Position numbers and translations under genes: made by a program. The notes beneath the pieces were generated by a model that saw nothing but the letters and a program-made list of their open reading frames with translations, was not told the origin of the DNA and did no database searches. From Geosiphon pyriformis uo1 (lineage: Eukaryota; Fungi; Glomeromycota), in NCBI GenBank assembly GCA_016748015.1, contig JAAOMT010000098.1, positions 127,368 to 191,367 on the forward strand: a DNA stretch of 64,000 nt, read 5' to 3'. Shown here in pieces: positions 49,917 through 63,060 of this stretch (positions within the stretch are counted from its first letter, which is position 1; each line of letters begins with the position of its first letter).

Positions 49917-52900
49917 TACTTGAAGAATAACTTGTTTACTTTATTTATAAAATAAATGGGGCATAAAAAATTTTTATTTATTAACTTAGAAACAAAGATA
50001 AAAGCTTAGAATTTTAAATATTTACTAGTTTTTTATGTTATCATATTATTTTTTCTGAGATATTGGTTTTACAATATCAATTTTTTCACATAATATTGAT
50101 TCTGTGCAATAAGCAACTTTATTTTTTCTATTAATTTAAGAGAATAAGCAAAATATATTTGATTAAAATCTAAAGTTTAAATTATGTTTATTTATTACAA
50201 CAAATAAGATTGAACAATTCTTAAAGTTGGAACCAATAAGCTTTTAATCTGGTAAAATCTTTTAAAATTCTTTCAATTCACAAAAATGTATTGAATACAA
50301 AAACTTTTTCAATTTGGTAGGTTTTAATCATAAATAAAATTTATTGTAAAAAAAACTTTTATATTGAACTTAATAAAAAGATTATTTGGGAAAAAATAAA
50401 AAAAAAAATTATGCTTAAAAAATTATCTGCAAATAATGAAAGTTTTTGCTTAAAAAAGTTAATTTAATTTTTAAAATATAGTTAAACTAACAATATTTTA
50501 TCCTAATAAAAAAGATTTTCAAGTAATATGAAAATACTTGTTCTAATAATGCAAAATATATTTTTAGCAGAGCAATACAGAAACAAAATACAGTTATTGG
50601 TGACATGGCCCTTGTATATGGTGCTGGTGTAATAAACTTTTGTATTCACCAAGTAATGAATGCAAATCCTGCCTAATCTATTACAAAGATTGGGAACCAA
50701 TTAGCTTAATACCTCAAAAAGAACTTAAAGAGGTACAAAAGTTCTTTGAAAATGAACCACCTGAAATCCAATCATGAAAGCTCAATAATTTCACAACTTT
50801 TTTAAATTTGATTTTATATACAAATTTTTACATATTATTTTAATATATATATTGTGAGTTAAAATCTAAACACTATTATAGTCAGAGAGTCTGAAATTTT
50901 TAAAATAAACTGTTCAAACACAGTCAACAGTTTTTGTATATAATTTTTTTTATATAGAATTTTCACTTCTTAATTTCAATTATCTATACTCGTAATTATG
51001 AACTTGATTACATTCAATTGTTTAATTGTTTTATTTAAGTTAAATAGACTTTGATAATATTAAATAAATTGTTTATCTGTGCAAGTATACAAATAATCTT
51101 ATTTAAAACAAATTCAAATCTAGTGTTTTTATTTCAAAGCAGTTTTAAAAATTATGCCTTTACATAAAAAAATCTATTTTATTGTTTGAGATATCAAAGA
51201 TAAAGAATTTCAATTATAGAGAATTTATATAAAAGGTCTGTAAAATGCTGTACTAAATATATTACTGTTTTTTTTATCATCAAGTTATTAAGGCTAAGGA
51301 TTTAAAAACTATATTTGAGACTTATAGTCTTTTGTATATAATTTTTGTGCTTATATTAAAATTTTTGTTAAAATTGTTATTGCATTTTTATAATTTTGGA
51401 ATTTTGGAAAAATAATTGTTGAAAATTTTGATATATATTTCAGTGATTATTTTTTTTAAAAAATAAAATAACTATGTTTTATCTCTTTTAAAAACCTGTT
51501 TTATGTAAAGATTTTAATGGAATTTTTTAAATTTAAAAATTTAATAAATTTTTTTTATGCAAATAGTTTCATCTTGTTTTTAAAAAACTGAAAATTAATT
51601 TCTTTAATTAACAAAATATTATTTAAAACATTTTTTTTTCAAAATGTTATTGCTGATTATATTAGTGAATTTGTTATAGTGTTTTAGCTAAACATTTAAA
51701 AAATTTATAACTTAAATCTCAAAATCATCTGATATTTCAATTTGTTTTATTGTTAGCAAATTTTTTGCTGAGTTTTTTATTTCTGAAGATTTTTAAGATT
51801 TATAAACTTTTTTTTGAAAGTTTTGTAAAAAGACTTTTAAAACTACTTCAATGTATTAAAAATAAATTTTCAAAGTTTTGATGTTAGATTATTTCTAAAT
51901 CAAGCATTATTTAATATTATAAACAAAATAATTTAATTTTTAAAAAACAATTATTCAACAAAGCTAATGGCTAATTTATTTTAAGACTATTAATTTTAAT
52001 TAAAAAAAAATTAATTGTAAAAAAATTTTAATGTTTGTTAATTATAATATCACAGTTAAATATCTAGTTATAAATTTGACTATTTGTTTTTCTAATAATC
52101 ATATGAGCAAAATCTTAAAAATTGTAGAAAAAAATTCAAAAGTCAAAATTGATTATACTTTAAATATTTTTTTATCTTTAAATTAAAGTTAATAATATAA
52201 TTAAATTCAAGTAAAATTATTAGAAAAGTGTAGTTTAATACACAAATAAATTTATTTCATAAAAGCAATTATAATTATTATTGCTATTAGAATTGATCAA
52301 AATTATTTGAAAAAAGTTTACTTCAATCAGATAATTTGTTTATGGAAAAATTGAAAAAATTCACTCTTTTTGTTAGTAAAGTATCTTGTTTAAATCCAGT
52401 CAAAGATCAAAACATTATAAAATTAACTGTTCAATTTATGATCTTAATATCTTATATTATATATATTATTTTACTTTATGATTAATTCCCCAAATTTTCT
52501 TTTTTTTAAAATTCAAATTTCAATTGTCTATCTTAGCGAAAATAATAAATATATGTAAAAACCAAATTTTTTTGATCCAGATTCATGTCAAAAAGTTAGA
52601 TTTTGAAGTTATCTCAGAAAAACGACTTCAAACATGATACAAAATTACAAATTATCTAATAATTGATAAAAATTTTTTTCTTAAATTTCAATTTGGGTAA
52701 ACAGAGTTAAGATATCAAATTAACTATAGATAAAAAAAAATTCTGCCAGCATATATTTTAGAGTTTTATTGGACATGGACTTGCTAATATTACATAAATT
52801 TTTATATTTTAATCAAATTTCTTATCAAGACTCATCTAATTAACATTAATTTTTAGTGTTTGCTATACTTAGAACTTTCGAATTTTTGACAATAAAAGTG

Positions 52901-54856
52901 TCTGAATTATCCCAAATTAAAGTTTACAAATATGATGAATCTCAATTCAGAAATTACAAATTCATTCATAAGCTAAATTTTTTTAAAAATTTAAAAATAT
53001 ATAGAGTAATATTTTATAATAATTTTATACCTAAATATCTAAAGAGTTATCAAAAAGCACAATATTTATATCATAGACAAGAGCTTTAAATATCACTAAA
53101 AAATTATGGCTGTGCTACTTCTAATAATAATAATAATAATAATAAGAATGATTTCAATATTTATTTATGTCCAAACCCCAAATCTACAAACAAAATAAAG
53201 TTAGAAAACCTAATAAGTTATTATAAAATCAAAATTTAGTTTTTAATCTGAACAATTTTTTAACAATTATTAATCATTTTTTATATATTTAGGAATGCAA
53301 TAGTAGAACTAAGGCTGTATTAAATAAAGAAGCTTTTGCATTACAATGTCCTCCTATAATAACAATCAAGCATTCTTAAATGGCTATTTTTTTTACCAAA
53401 AATAAGAACACTAAAATTAAATTTAATTCTGATAATTAAATTTTTTTAGAATATATTTATTTAGATATATTGTTTATTGTTTTTTTTTAATAAATTTTTT
53501 TATAAATATTCTAATTATTTAACTAAATAAAAAAGTTCAAAAAATTAAAGTAAATTAAAATTTTATTTTGGTTTTGCCTTTATTAAAAAAGTATTTCAAC
53601 ATATATTTAATTTGAGTCAAATTAAAATAAAATTATCAAATTCCAATAAAATTTGTTTTTTAATTTAAAATTCTGGTTTTAATTAAAAATAAACATTCAT
53701 ATTTTTTTTATTTAAAACTTATAAACATAAAGTTATTATTGTTTGAACTTAATTAATATTAACAATTATTAAAGTTATTACCAAACTATTATTATTTAAA
53801 AATACTTTTATTAATTACAATTTTATTATACATTAGGTTTCTTAAATACTTTATATCAATTATTTTAAATTTCTGAATTAAATTTCAATTGGCTTAAACA
53901 ATAAACAGTAAATAATTAGAGTTTATTAGAATTGACAATAAGTAAATAATTTTGTTATTGTAAAAATCCTTCTCTAATTACTTTGTTATATACTAATAAA
54001 GTTTTATACATATATAAACTAGATAGATATAGAAAAAATAATTGACAAATATAACTATTCTCTTTTGTTCTTTATTTTTATAAGAAATCTTAAATTACAA
54101 TTACTTCCTTCTTAAAACAAAGATTTAGTGAATCTTAAATGATTTGTTCCTATTCTTTCTGGTTCTGCCACTTTTGGATTTGTTGTTGGTGCTGGTTTTC
54201 TGTAGGATTATACTTTACAAGAAGCATCAAATGTTACAGATAACTATTTTGGGTCTTAAATCAAATAACAAATCTGTAACTTGGTGCTTAATTGATGATA
54301 GTGTTGCTAAAAATCTGAAAGTGTTGTGATCTAAATGTTTTGGTTGAATTCTTTGTATAATGGACAAAAATTCAATTGATTGTTTATCTATAGCTTCCCA
54401 AAATTGCAGTTTTGTCAATTTTTTTCTTAGCATAATGACCAGTAATCCTCCTGGTAAGATATTCTTAATTCTGAGTGTCTATCTTTATTCCTGGATCTTT
54501 TACCAGTGTTATATCTTGATGTTAGTATCTTCATGCATAAATCTTTTTAATCAAGTTAATAAACAAAAAAAGTAAAGCAAGAAAAAAAATTAAATGAAAT
54601 AAAAAATAAGCTAAGGCAAAGTACATGTTAGTATCCTATTAATAGCTATAATTAAGAACTATTGTTTTAGTGTGGTTAAATATGGATTGCTATCAACATA
54701 AAGTGTTAATAGTGGAGAAATAAATTGAAATAGTAAATAATTATTTTATTGATATTTTTGGTTTGGGAAGTTGTTTAGATAAAATATAACTAAAAGGTCT
54801 GTCTTTTTTACTTCTAATGTACTGTTATATATACCTAATTTATGTTCTATGAGATT

Positions 54857-55000
54857 GCTCACATTTCCAAGCAATGTGCTATAATTTTTTGCATAATGCT
54901 TACATTGCTAAACAATATGTCCTAATTTTCTAATATTACTCTACATTACTAAGCAATGTGTCATAATTTTTGATATTGCTTTACATTGCTGAGTAATATG
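54857..55000. repeat. ~38-40 bp degenerate tandem repeat x4, inside a probable LTR-like segment (~54120-55050)
   Basis: (t/c)acatt(g/a/t)ctaagcaat(g/a)tg..ataatttt recurs four times. Confidence 0.7.
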
Positions 55001-55063
55001 TTCACATGCTAATTACTACTCCCTTATTGGTTTACTATTTTCTATATCTGTTTTTTTTATGAG

Positions 55064-57760
55064 TAATAATGATTTAGATCAAGACAAGATTTTCTCTCCA
55101 CTCTTTTAAAGAATCTTCTATGATCTGCTTTTGTGTAAAGTTAAAAGACATAAGCACTTGTGTGGATACAGAATTGATATTAGGTTTGTGGCAAGATCTG
55201 ATAGAGTTGAAGTGACTGGTAAAAAAACTTTTTTTGGTTGCTGATGCCTTTGTTAATGATACAATTTGGGTTGGAAGTTGTCAGACTTCTATTCAATATA
55301 TTTTAAACATTGCTAGTAAGTTTTTTAAGATCAATGACATTTCGATTAATAATTACAAAACAGTGGCTATTTCAATCAATCAAAATGTTAAGTCTGCTTC
55401 CTTGTTGATTAATGGCTTGCCAATTTCCATTGTAAAAAAAGGTGAAACATACAGATATCTGGGCATTTTTTTGTTTACTGAAGACCTTTCTAAACCTAGC
55501 TTGGCTCAAACTCATATTAATGTTAGGTTTTTTTTTAATATAATATTAAAAAAAACTATTACAAATAAACAATTTTCATACTTGGTTTTGGCTGTTTTGC
55601 AGCCAATAATTAGCTATCATACACAATTTAGTTTTGTCTCTTTGGCTATATGTTGCAAGTAGGACACTTTGGTGAGAAAGAATCTCAGATTTAAGACTGG
55701 CTTATCATGTGATTTTTTCAGTAAGGCCTTATATTATTCTTTTTTGTATAATGTGAAACTTTTTAAACAAGTGCAATCTAAAAGAAAATTAGTCTCACTG
55801 ATTTCCTTTTCTAATGTCTGTGGCATTCTTGGGTGTTTGTTTGAGCACAAATTTTTGGATTTACAAGTTTTGAAGTGGTTTTCTTTAAACTTCTTACAGT
55901 ATTTTGTCAAATTGAAGGTTAGTCCTGTAAATAAAATTTTGATTAGTGTAGTGAAGATTCTTTTAGAAAATGAGTTATCTTTGGCTAACAATTTGCCCAA
56001 TGCTTTTTGTGGATCTGGCAAATTTCTAATGTCTGGCATCTTTAATTATCTCTTGTATTATGACTCTGTTTTTTCTTTGAAGCATTTTGGTATTGCTTTT
56101 GGTAATAGGCTTTTGGACAAAAAGGGGAGGGTAATGGATTGGAAAATGTTTCGGTGGTAGAAAAAATTGGATCCAAGAGGACTTATACTTTACTGGTTTA
56201 CTCTGGCAGCTAAGTTTATAAACAAACATGTCTCTTTGAAGGCTGAGTCTACTAATGCTCTTAATTTACCAGTGTTGAGTGTTTTAGATTCTGAAGCATT
56301 TTCTGATGTCCATAGTAGTCTGATGGAGATTTGGTTTAATTGTATTGAGATTTACACAAATGAGTTGTTGAAAAGTGCTGGTTCTGCAAAAATGGCTAGT
56401 GGTGCAGCTGCATATTTTCCAGCTACAAACATGGGTGTTGGGATTAGAGTACATGGGCTTTTGTTTTCTATTCTGGCTGAATTGCAAGCCATTGCTTTGG
56501 TCTTGGAGTGTATTCTATTTTCTTGTGCTATAGTTTTGTATTCGGACAGCCAATTCATAATTAATACTTATGTTTCAGAAATTGCATTTGCCATGCCAGA
56601 TTTTCACAATTGTTGCTGAATTGAAAGATCACACATTACCAATCTTATCAAGAGTAAAAACATTTTGGTTGAATAAATGAAAATTAAGGGACATTTAAAG
56701 GTTTCAGGCAATATTAGAGCTAATGAATTGGCAGAAAATGCCACCTGTTCTTTGCTCTTTTTGCCTGTTGGGGGTCAGAAATGATTTTTGGTTGCTGAAA
56801 ATACTGTTGTGTCTGGTAATACCAGACATTTTGTTCAAGACATTTATCAGTTAATCTGCCATGCTCGTTGGAAGACTGGTCCTGGCTATAATGTCATTTT
56901 AAATACTGTGGTTAATATAATAGATTGGGCTACTATTGTAAAAATTTGGCATCCTGACTCACATATGCTCTTTGGGTCTACTAGCAGATACTTTGGCTAA
57001 TATGTGCACTTATTTGATAAAAGCAATACATAGGTAGTTACTAGTAGCAGTTAAGAAAAGGTTATATAATAAGAATTATTTTAGAGTGTTGTATTTGCTG
57101 TGTGAGAATGTAGAGTTGTCTGATCATGGTTTTGGTTATTTTGGTAATGTCAGTTTCTATGAAGACATTTTAGAGGAGGTAGCTAAAAAATGGGTGTTAT
57201 TGGTAGACCTTTTTTGTCTGTCTTTATTAGCTGTTTTACATTTACTATTGGCGTGTTCTTGAGATATGAGTCTGTATACTACTATATGTAAAAGTTTTGT
57301 GTTAAAAAATTGGCAGGCTGAAGCTGTTTTGATCTTTGAAGGAAAGAAAAAGGCTGATTTGGCTCTTGTTAATTATGTTAGATTTGTGGTTAAATTGTAC
57401 CACACCAAGGTCTGGCTTGTTAAAATCAAGCATAGAATAAATATGAAAAAAACTGGCTTAATCAAAAACAATGGTGTAGTTTTAGGCTTGTTTTGTTGTT
57501 TGGTATCTTTGTTGTTAGATAAAGTTGTTCATATGGAAATTTTTACTGTCAATTTTGGTAAACGCAAATTGTGTTATTTTTTTTTTGGTTTAGGTAGTAA
57601 TGCTTTTGTTAGTATAAATATATAGTGTTGCTTTGTCCAGTTTGAGTGGCTGGCCATATGTAGTTAGTGCATGAGCTGTATTTAGTTTGTTCTACTTAGT
57701 TTAGTTCTATGTACTAGATAGCAGTTAGGTTTTACTTGTAAAATGCATAATAAAAAAAAA
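55064..57760 (+). mobile_element. LINE copy 5, 5' truncated (mid-RT to poly(A))
   Basis: Starts at DLDQDKIFSPLF (GLDQGEVFSPLL motif). AFVNDTIW, RNase H and Zn finger follow. ORF2 ends at 57625; poly(A) at 57752-57760. Confidence 0.93.
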
Positions 57761-57894
57761 TTTATTAAACAAATTAATTTTTTTTTTATTTACAAATAAA
57801 GTCTAATTATTATTTAATATAATATAACTATTTAAAATTCTAAATTAAATATAATTTATGTACTTGTTACATATAACAAATAATTTTTTTGATT

Positions 57895-60800
57895 CTTTCT
57901 TTTATTGATCTCTTGATTACAACAGAAGTAAAGATTTATCAAAGATTTATTTAGTTTTTTTTCTTCTTTTTTTTTGTATTTCTTTAATTATTTCTTTTAA
58001 TTTATCTTTTTTTATTATAATAGAACTGGTAAACTCTTCTGTTAATGGTTTTGGTTTGGGTTTGGCTAGTTTAAAAACCTGTTCAAACACCAAGAAAAAA
58101 TGTGCAGAGAGTATTTATTCTTACAGTATGTCTTATAAGAAACTAAAAAAGCTTAATACAGATATCAGTATAATCAATTTGTTTATTGGTTTTTAAAGTC
58201 TTAAAGATATTAGTGTCTTTAATAAAACTCTGTAGTGTTTTGAAATAACAAAGTTAATAAAAAAGCCAGTAATATTAGCAGTTTATTGGATATGAAAAAT
58301 ATGAAGAATATAGTGACTAATAAAATTAACTATACAAATTCAAATAATTTAATAGTCATCAATAATATGGATAATATTATATTGCAGAAAACTCACACTT
58401 AAACATATGTATTGAGTTATTTACCAAAAACTTTTTTATTTGTAAATTTTAACAATAACAACAATATTTTATTGCTTCTATTATTTAAGTTTAATAGTTC
58501 TAAACAACTTTTATTAGTTAAGTCATATGTGTCAAAAAAATAGAGTTTTAATTTGGCAAAATTATTTGCAATAAATATTGAGTTGTTTATCATTTTTGGC
58601 AAAATTAATAGTAATAAATTATTATGTGTAAAAAATATTTTCTATTGTGTAAATAGTTTTGGAGAAGCTTTTACTTTCTCAAAGTTTCCAAAAATAATTA
58701 AATATTCTTTTACATCTGAGTTGAGTTTAAAAAAAACTAAAAAGATGGCTGTTAGTAAGAAAATTTTAATTAATAATAATATAAAAAAACAAATAACTAC
58801 ACAGATCAAATCATAATTATTAAGAAGATTCCAGTAGATTTTCTCAAAATTGACAAGATTATTTCAATTAAAATACAGCTTATTGGTTTATGACAAAAGA
58901 TTCTAATAGAATTTGAGTCATTAGATAGTGCTAGTTTGGTTGTATCTAAGTAGTTTATTCTTATAGAAAAAAACTCTGTACATGTGGTTTTGGTAATTAG
59001 TAATAAACAGTTGTGGATTTTAAGAGATTTTTATTGAGCTTTGTTGTATATTCTGCTAATTAGCACTACTGTTCATGATTTTTTTAATTTGTTAGAATTA
59101 TACAGTAAAAAACTTGTTTTATTGACTGTAATTCCAATTTATATGTATATAATAAATGTGTTATAATTTGTTTTGTTAATGAAGCATTCAAAAAAACTGC
59201 TATTAGTTCTATTCTAGTTTTTAAGCATGTAAATTTGTGCTAAACTGGTCTTTCTTTGGTCTATTGTGCTTAATATAAACAATTTGGTCATATTTTTGGT
59301 ATATGTTCAATAAATAAGAATTTGGGTAATTACAGTAAACAATTAGTTATCTTTTAAGATTAGATGAATTTATTAAATATATAAAAAAAAAATAGGCATT
59401 AATTATTTGTCTGGTCTTATTTAATAAAAAAACTTAAACTCAAATTGCTGAAAATTTTATTTCTTATGTAGTGTTTTCAGTTTTTCTGCTGAATTCTTTT
59501 AATATGAATAATAGATTTGTCACTTTGAGTATAATTTTACTAGTCTTATAAAACAAATTGACAAGCTGACTAAAAAATTAGATGCACTTGGGCCAATGGT
59601 TTTTTAGTCTAGCTTTGAACATTAACTGTTGGTAATTATTTTATTACAAAATCAAAGAGCAAATATAATAATAAGTAAGAGTTTAAGTGTATTTATTAGT
59701 AATAAAACTGTTGTGAAAACAATGTTTATAGATTTTTTTGTAGTTTCTAAATTGAAAGACAGTTTAATAAGTCTTTCAAATATAATTATAAGTCTTTTAA
59801 CCAAAATAAACAATCTTGTTTTAGGATCAAGATTTCTTTTTTCTTAATAACTAATCTTGTTTAAAAGTTTGCTATATGTAATATTAGAGATATTAATGTT
59901 TTTGCTAAGCAGAAAAATATTGTTTATTAGCATATAGATTCAAATAATATGGTTTCTATTATTATTAGAACAAAATTAAGGTCTATTATTAGGCTCTAGA
60001 TTGTAAACAAGTTTAATAGAATGTGAATTTTTACATCTGGTTTAGATAAAAACTTTTTGAAGCTAGAGTAATAATTATTATAAACAATTCTCTGGCTTAA
60101 TATGTTTCTAAAATAGAAGAAGTTTTTGGTTATGTTGTTTCTGTATGGTTTTTTTTCAAGAACAGATTTTTAATTATGATTCTTGGTTTGTATGCTGGTG
60201 CTTCTGCTGAGGTCAGATTTGTTTTAGCTTTAGAAGTTAACTTTTTTATAGCTAAAACAGTTAACTTCAGTAGTTTTGTGGTTTTGAATAAGAATTTTAA
60301 CAAAAATAGATCTTGAAAAAGTGTAAATTTTAAGTTCTGTTTAAATTTAAATTTGGTCAATGCATTTAGTAGATATTTATTAGTTAATGTTTCTATTTGA
60401 AGCAACTTAAAGAATGTTAAAAAGATCATTGATTACATTTTTGTAAATAAAGATTTGTTATCTGCAATTGCTAATCATAAGATTAAATTTGCATTTGAAT
60501 TTTTCAATACTAATTACAAGGCTGTTTTAGTTTTGATTAGTTTAAGTAGTCTTTTAGATGTTTAATTGAATAATATAAAAAAGCAGTCTAACAAAAATCA
60601 CTGAAAGTTCAGAATAAAAGACATAAATAAAATTAAGTGAACTTATTTTAAGAAATATTCTTCTAATAAATTGTTAATTTTGACAAATATGTTTATAAAA
60701 ACAGAGATTTCTGGAAATTTAGATTTAATATGAGAAGTATTAAAAAAGGTAATAGTAAATTTAGTTAACAAAATTTTTTCTAGACATTGGTATAATATTT

Positions 60801-63060
60801 TTAATTGCTCAAGGAACAAACAGTCATCAAAATTTTTTAAGTTAAAATTGCTAACTGTTAAAATGGCTAAAGCTCTAAAGTCAAAAAATGTGCTTAAGTT
60901 GGAATTTCTATTTCATACTTAATTGGCCATTAATAAAAACAAAGCTTTGAAGATATAAAACTTGATTCAGAATAGCACCAAGTTAATAGAAATTTTCAAC
61001 TGCTTGTTTAATATATAAAAAAGTTATCTCAAGTCCAAAATACATAAATTTAAAACTTCTGAAAATACTGTTATCAAATGTACAATCAAGAAAAAAATGA
61101 GAAACTTCTGTTCAGACAAAAGATAGATAATTAAAAATATATTAAAAAAGTTTTTTTATAAGATGGTGTTTGATTATTTAATAGTTGATAATAAATTGGT
61201 TCTGAAATTTAAGAACATTAAGATTAAAGTTAATACTATTATAGAGAGTTAGACTAAAAAGTGTGTGGTTTTTGAGTTTTTGTCTGAACTTTAGACTAAT
61301 CAGTATGCTCTTTTAAATCATATGAACAATAATGCATTTTCAAATGTTATAAAGATTATCAATTTTGAAAAGTTGGTACAGATGTTTAAAAATTTGCCAA
61401 ATGAAAAAGCTGTTAATTTAAGTGATATTTTTAATGAATAGTAGAAACATTGTAATAATGATATGCTTAGATGTTTTTTGAGTCTTTTGAATATATGTTT
61501 GACTTTGAATATAGTTTTGGCTTTGTAGAAAAAAGCATAAGTTTTAATGATTTCTAAGCCTTATAATTAGAATGAAATCTTAATAAACATTTAACTTATT
61601 GCTCTAATTGAGATAACCAGGAAAATTTTTTCTAAGATTTTTTTAAATCGAATTTTTTTTGCTTATAGCTGTTTTAATGTGTTTTGTGGAGACAACTTTT
61701 CTGTCTTGAAAAATATTTTAACACAATTACTTATTTTTACTGTCAGATTTATAGTTAAAGATGTTTTAAAAAAGAACAAAGAAATTTGGTTGGTTTTATA
61801 AAACATGTAAAAAATGTATAACTCTGTTAACTGAGCTTATTTAAGAGCTAATTTGTGATACATTAAAATATGTAAAAAGTTTATTGGTTTTTTTGGTATT
61901 ATTTATAAGAATAAAATAAATAAAATGATAACAAATTTTGGTCTTTCTGGTAGTTATTAGGTGCATAATGATCTGAATTAGAATAAAATGTTCTCTTCTT
62001 TTCTTTGAAAAAATTTTTATAATCTTCTTTTATATAAGGTAAAGAAACATAAACATTTGTGTAAATACTGTATTAACACTAGTTTTGTGGCTAAGACAGA
62101 TAAAATTGAAATAAAAAATAAAAAAACTTTTTTTTTTGCAGCTGGTATTTTTGTTGATAACACTATTTGGATTGGAAACAGTCAGGCATCTACACAATAT
62201 ATATTAAATATTGTCAACAAATTTTTTTTGATTAATAATATTTCAATTAACAATAATAAGACTATGACTATTCTCATTAATTACATAGTTAAGAATGTCA
62301 TTTTGAAGATCAGTAATTTGCTGATTTTAATTGCTAAGAATAGTAAACCACATAGATACTTAAAGATTTTTTTGTTAACTGAAGATCTATTCAGATTTAG
62401 TTTGGTTAAAACTTACTCTAATGTTAGGTTTTTTTTCTAATGTGGTGTTAAGAAAAGTAATTACTAACAAACAGTTCTTATATTTAATATTAGCAGTTTT
62501 ATAGTCTATTATTAACTACTGGTCACAGCTTAGTTTTGTTTTGTTTTATTTAATGTATGTTATAAATAAAATACTATGATTAAAAAAGATCTCAAGTTAA
62601 AAACCAATTTGCTAAGAGATTTTTTCAATAAGGCTTTGCATCATCTATTTCTATATAATTTAAAGTCTTTTAACCAAATTTAGATTGAAAGAAAATTAGC
62701 TTTATTGGTTACTTTTTTTAATGCTTCTAGTATTTTTAAGCATTTATTTGAACACAGATTTTTGAATTTGCAAATTTTAAGGTACTTTTTTAAATTCTTT
62801 GCAATTTTTTGTTAAGCTATATGTCAGTTTAGTAACCAATTTTTTAGCTAAAATAGTAAAAATTTTTTTACTTAATGAGTTATTTATTATAAACAATTTG
62901 CTCAATACATTTTGCAATCTGAAAAATTTTTTAATGTTAAATATTTTGGGTAAATTCTTATATTATAATTCAATGTGCTCTTCAAAATAATTTAGTGTTA
63001 TATTTGATAACAGATTTCTGGACAAAAAGAGTAGTATAATGAATTAAAAAACTTTTTATA
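57895..63060 (+). mobile_element. LINE copy 6, 5' part, most decayed
   Basis: 5' UTR and ORF1 homologous to copies 1 and 2. Junction at 59847-59850. AAGIFVDNTIWIG at ~62140-62175. The + strand homology stops at ~63060. Confidence 0.9.

Noticed and set aside
53122-53145. (AAT)n microsatellite
   Set aside because: Short and expected in such AT-rich DNA.
54120-55050. LTR call for the segment upstream of LINE copy 5
   Set aside because: Composition and internal repeats are LTR-like, but no TG..CA termini, TSD or second copy could be identified.
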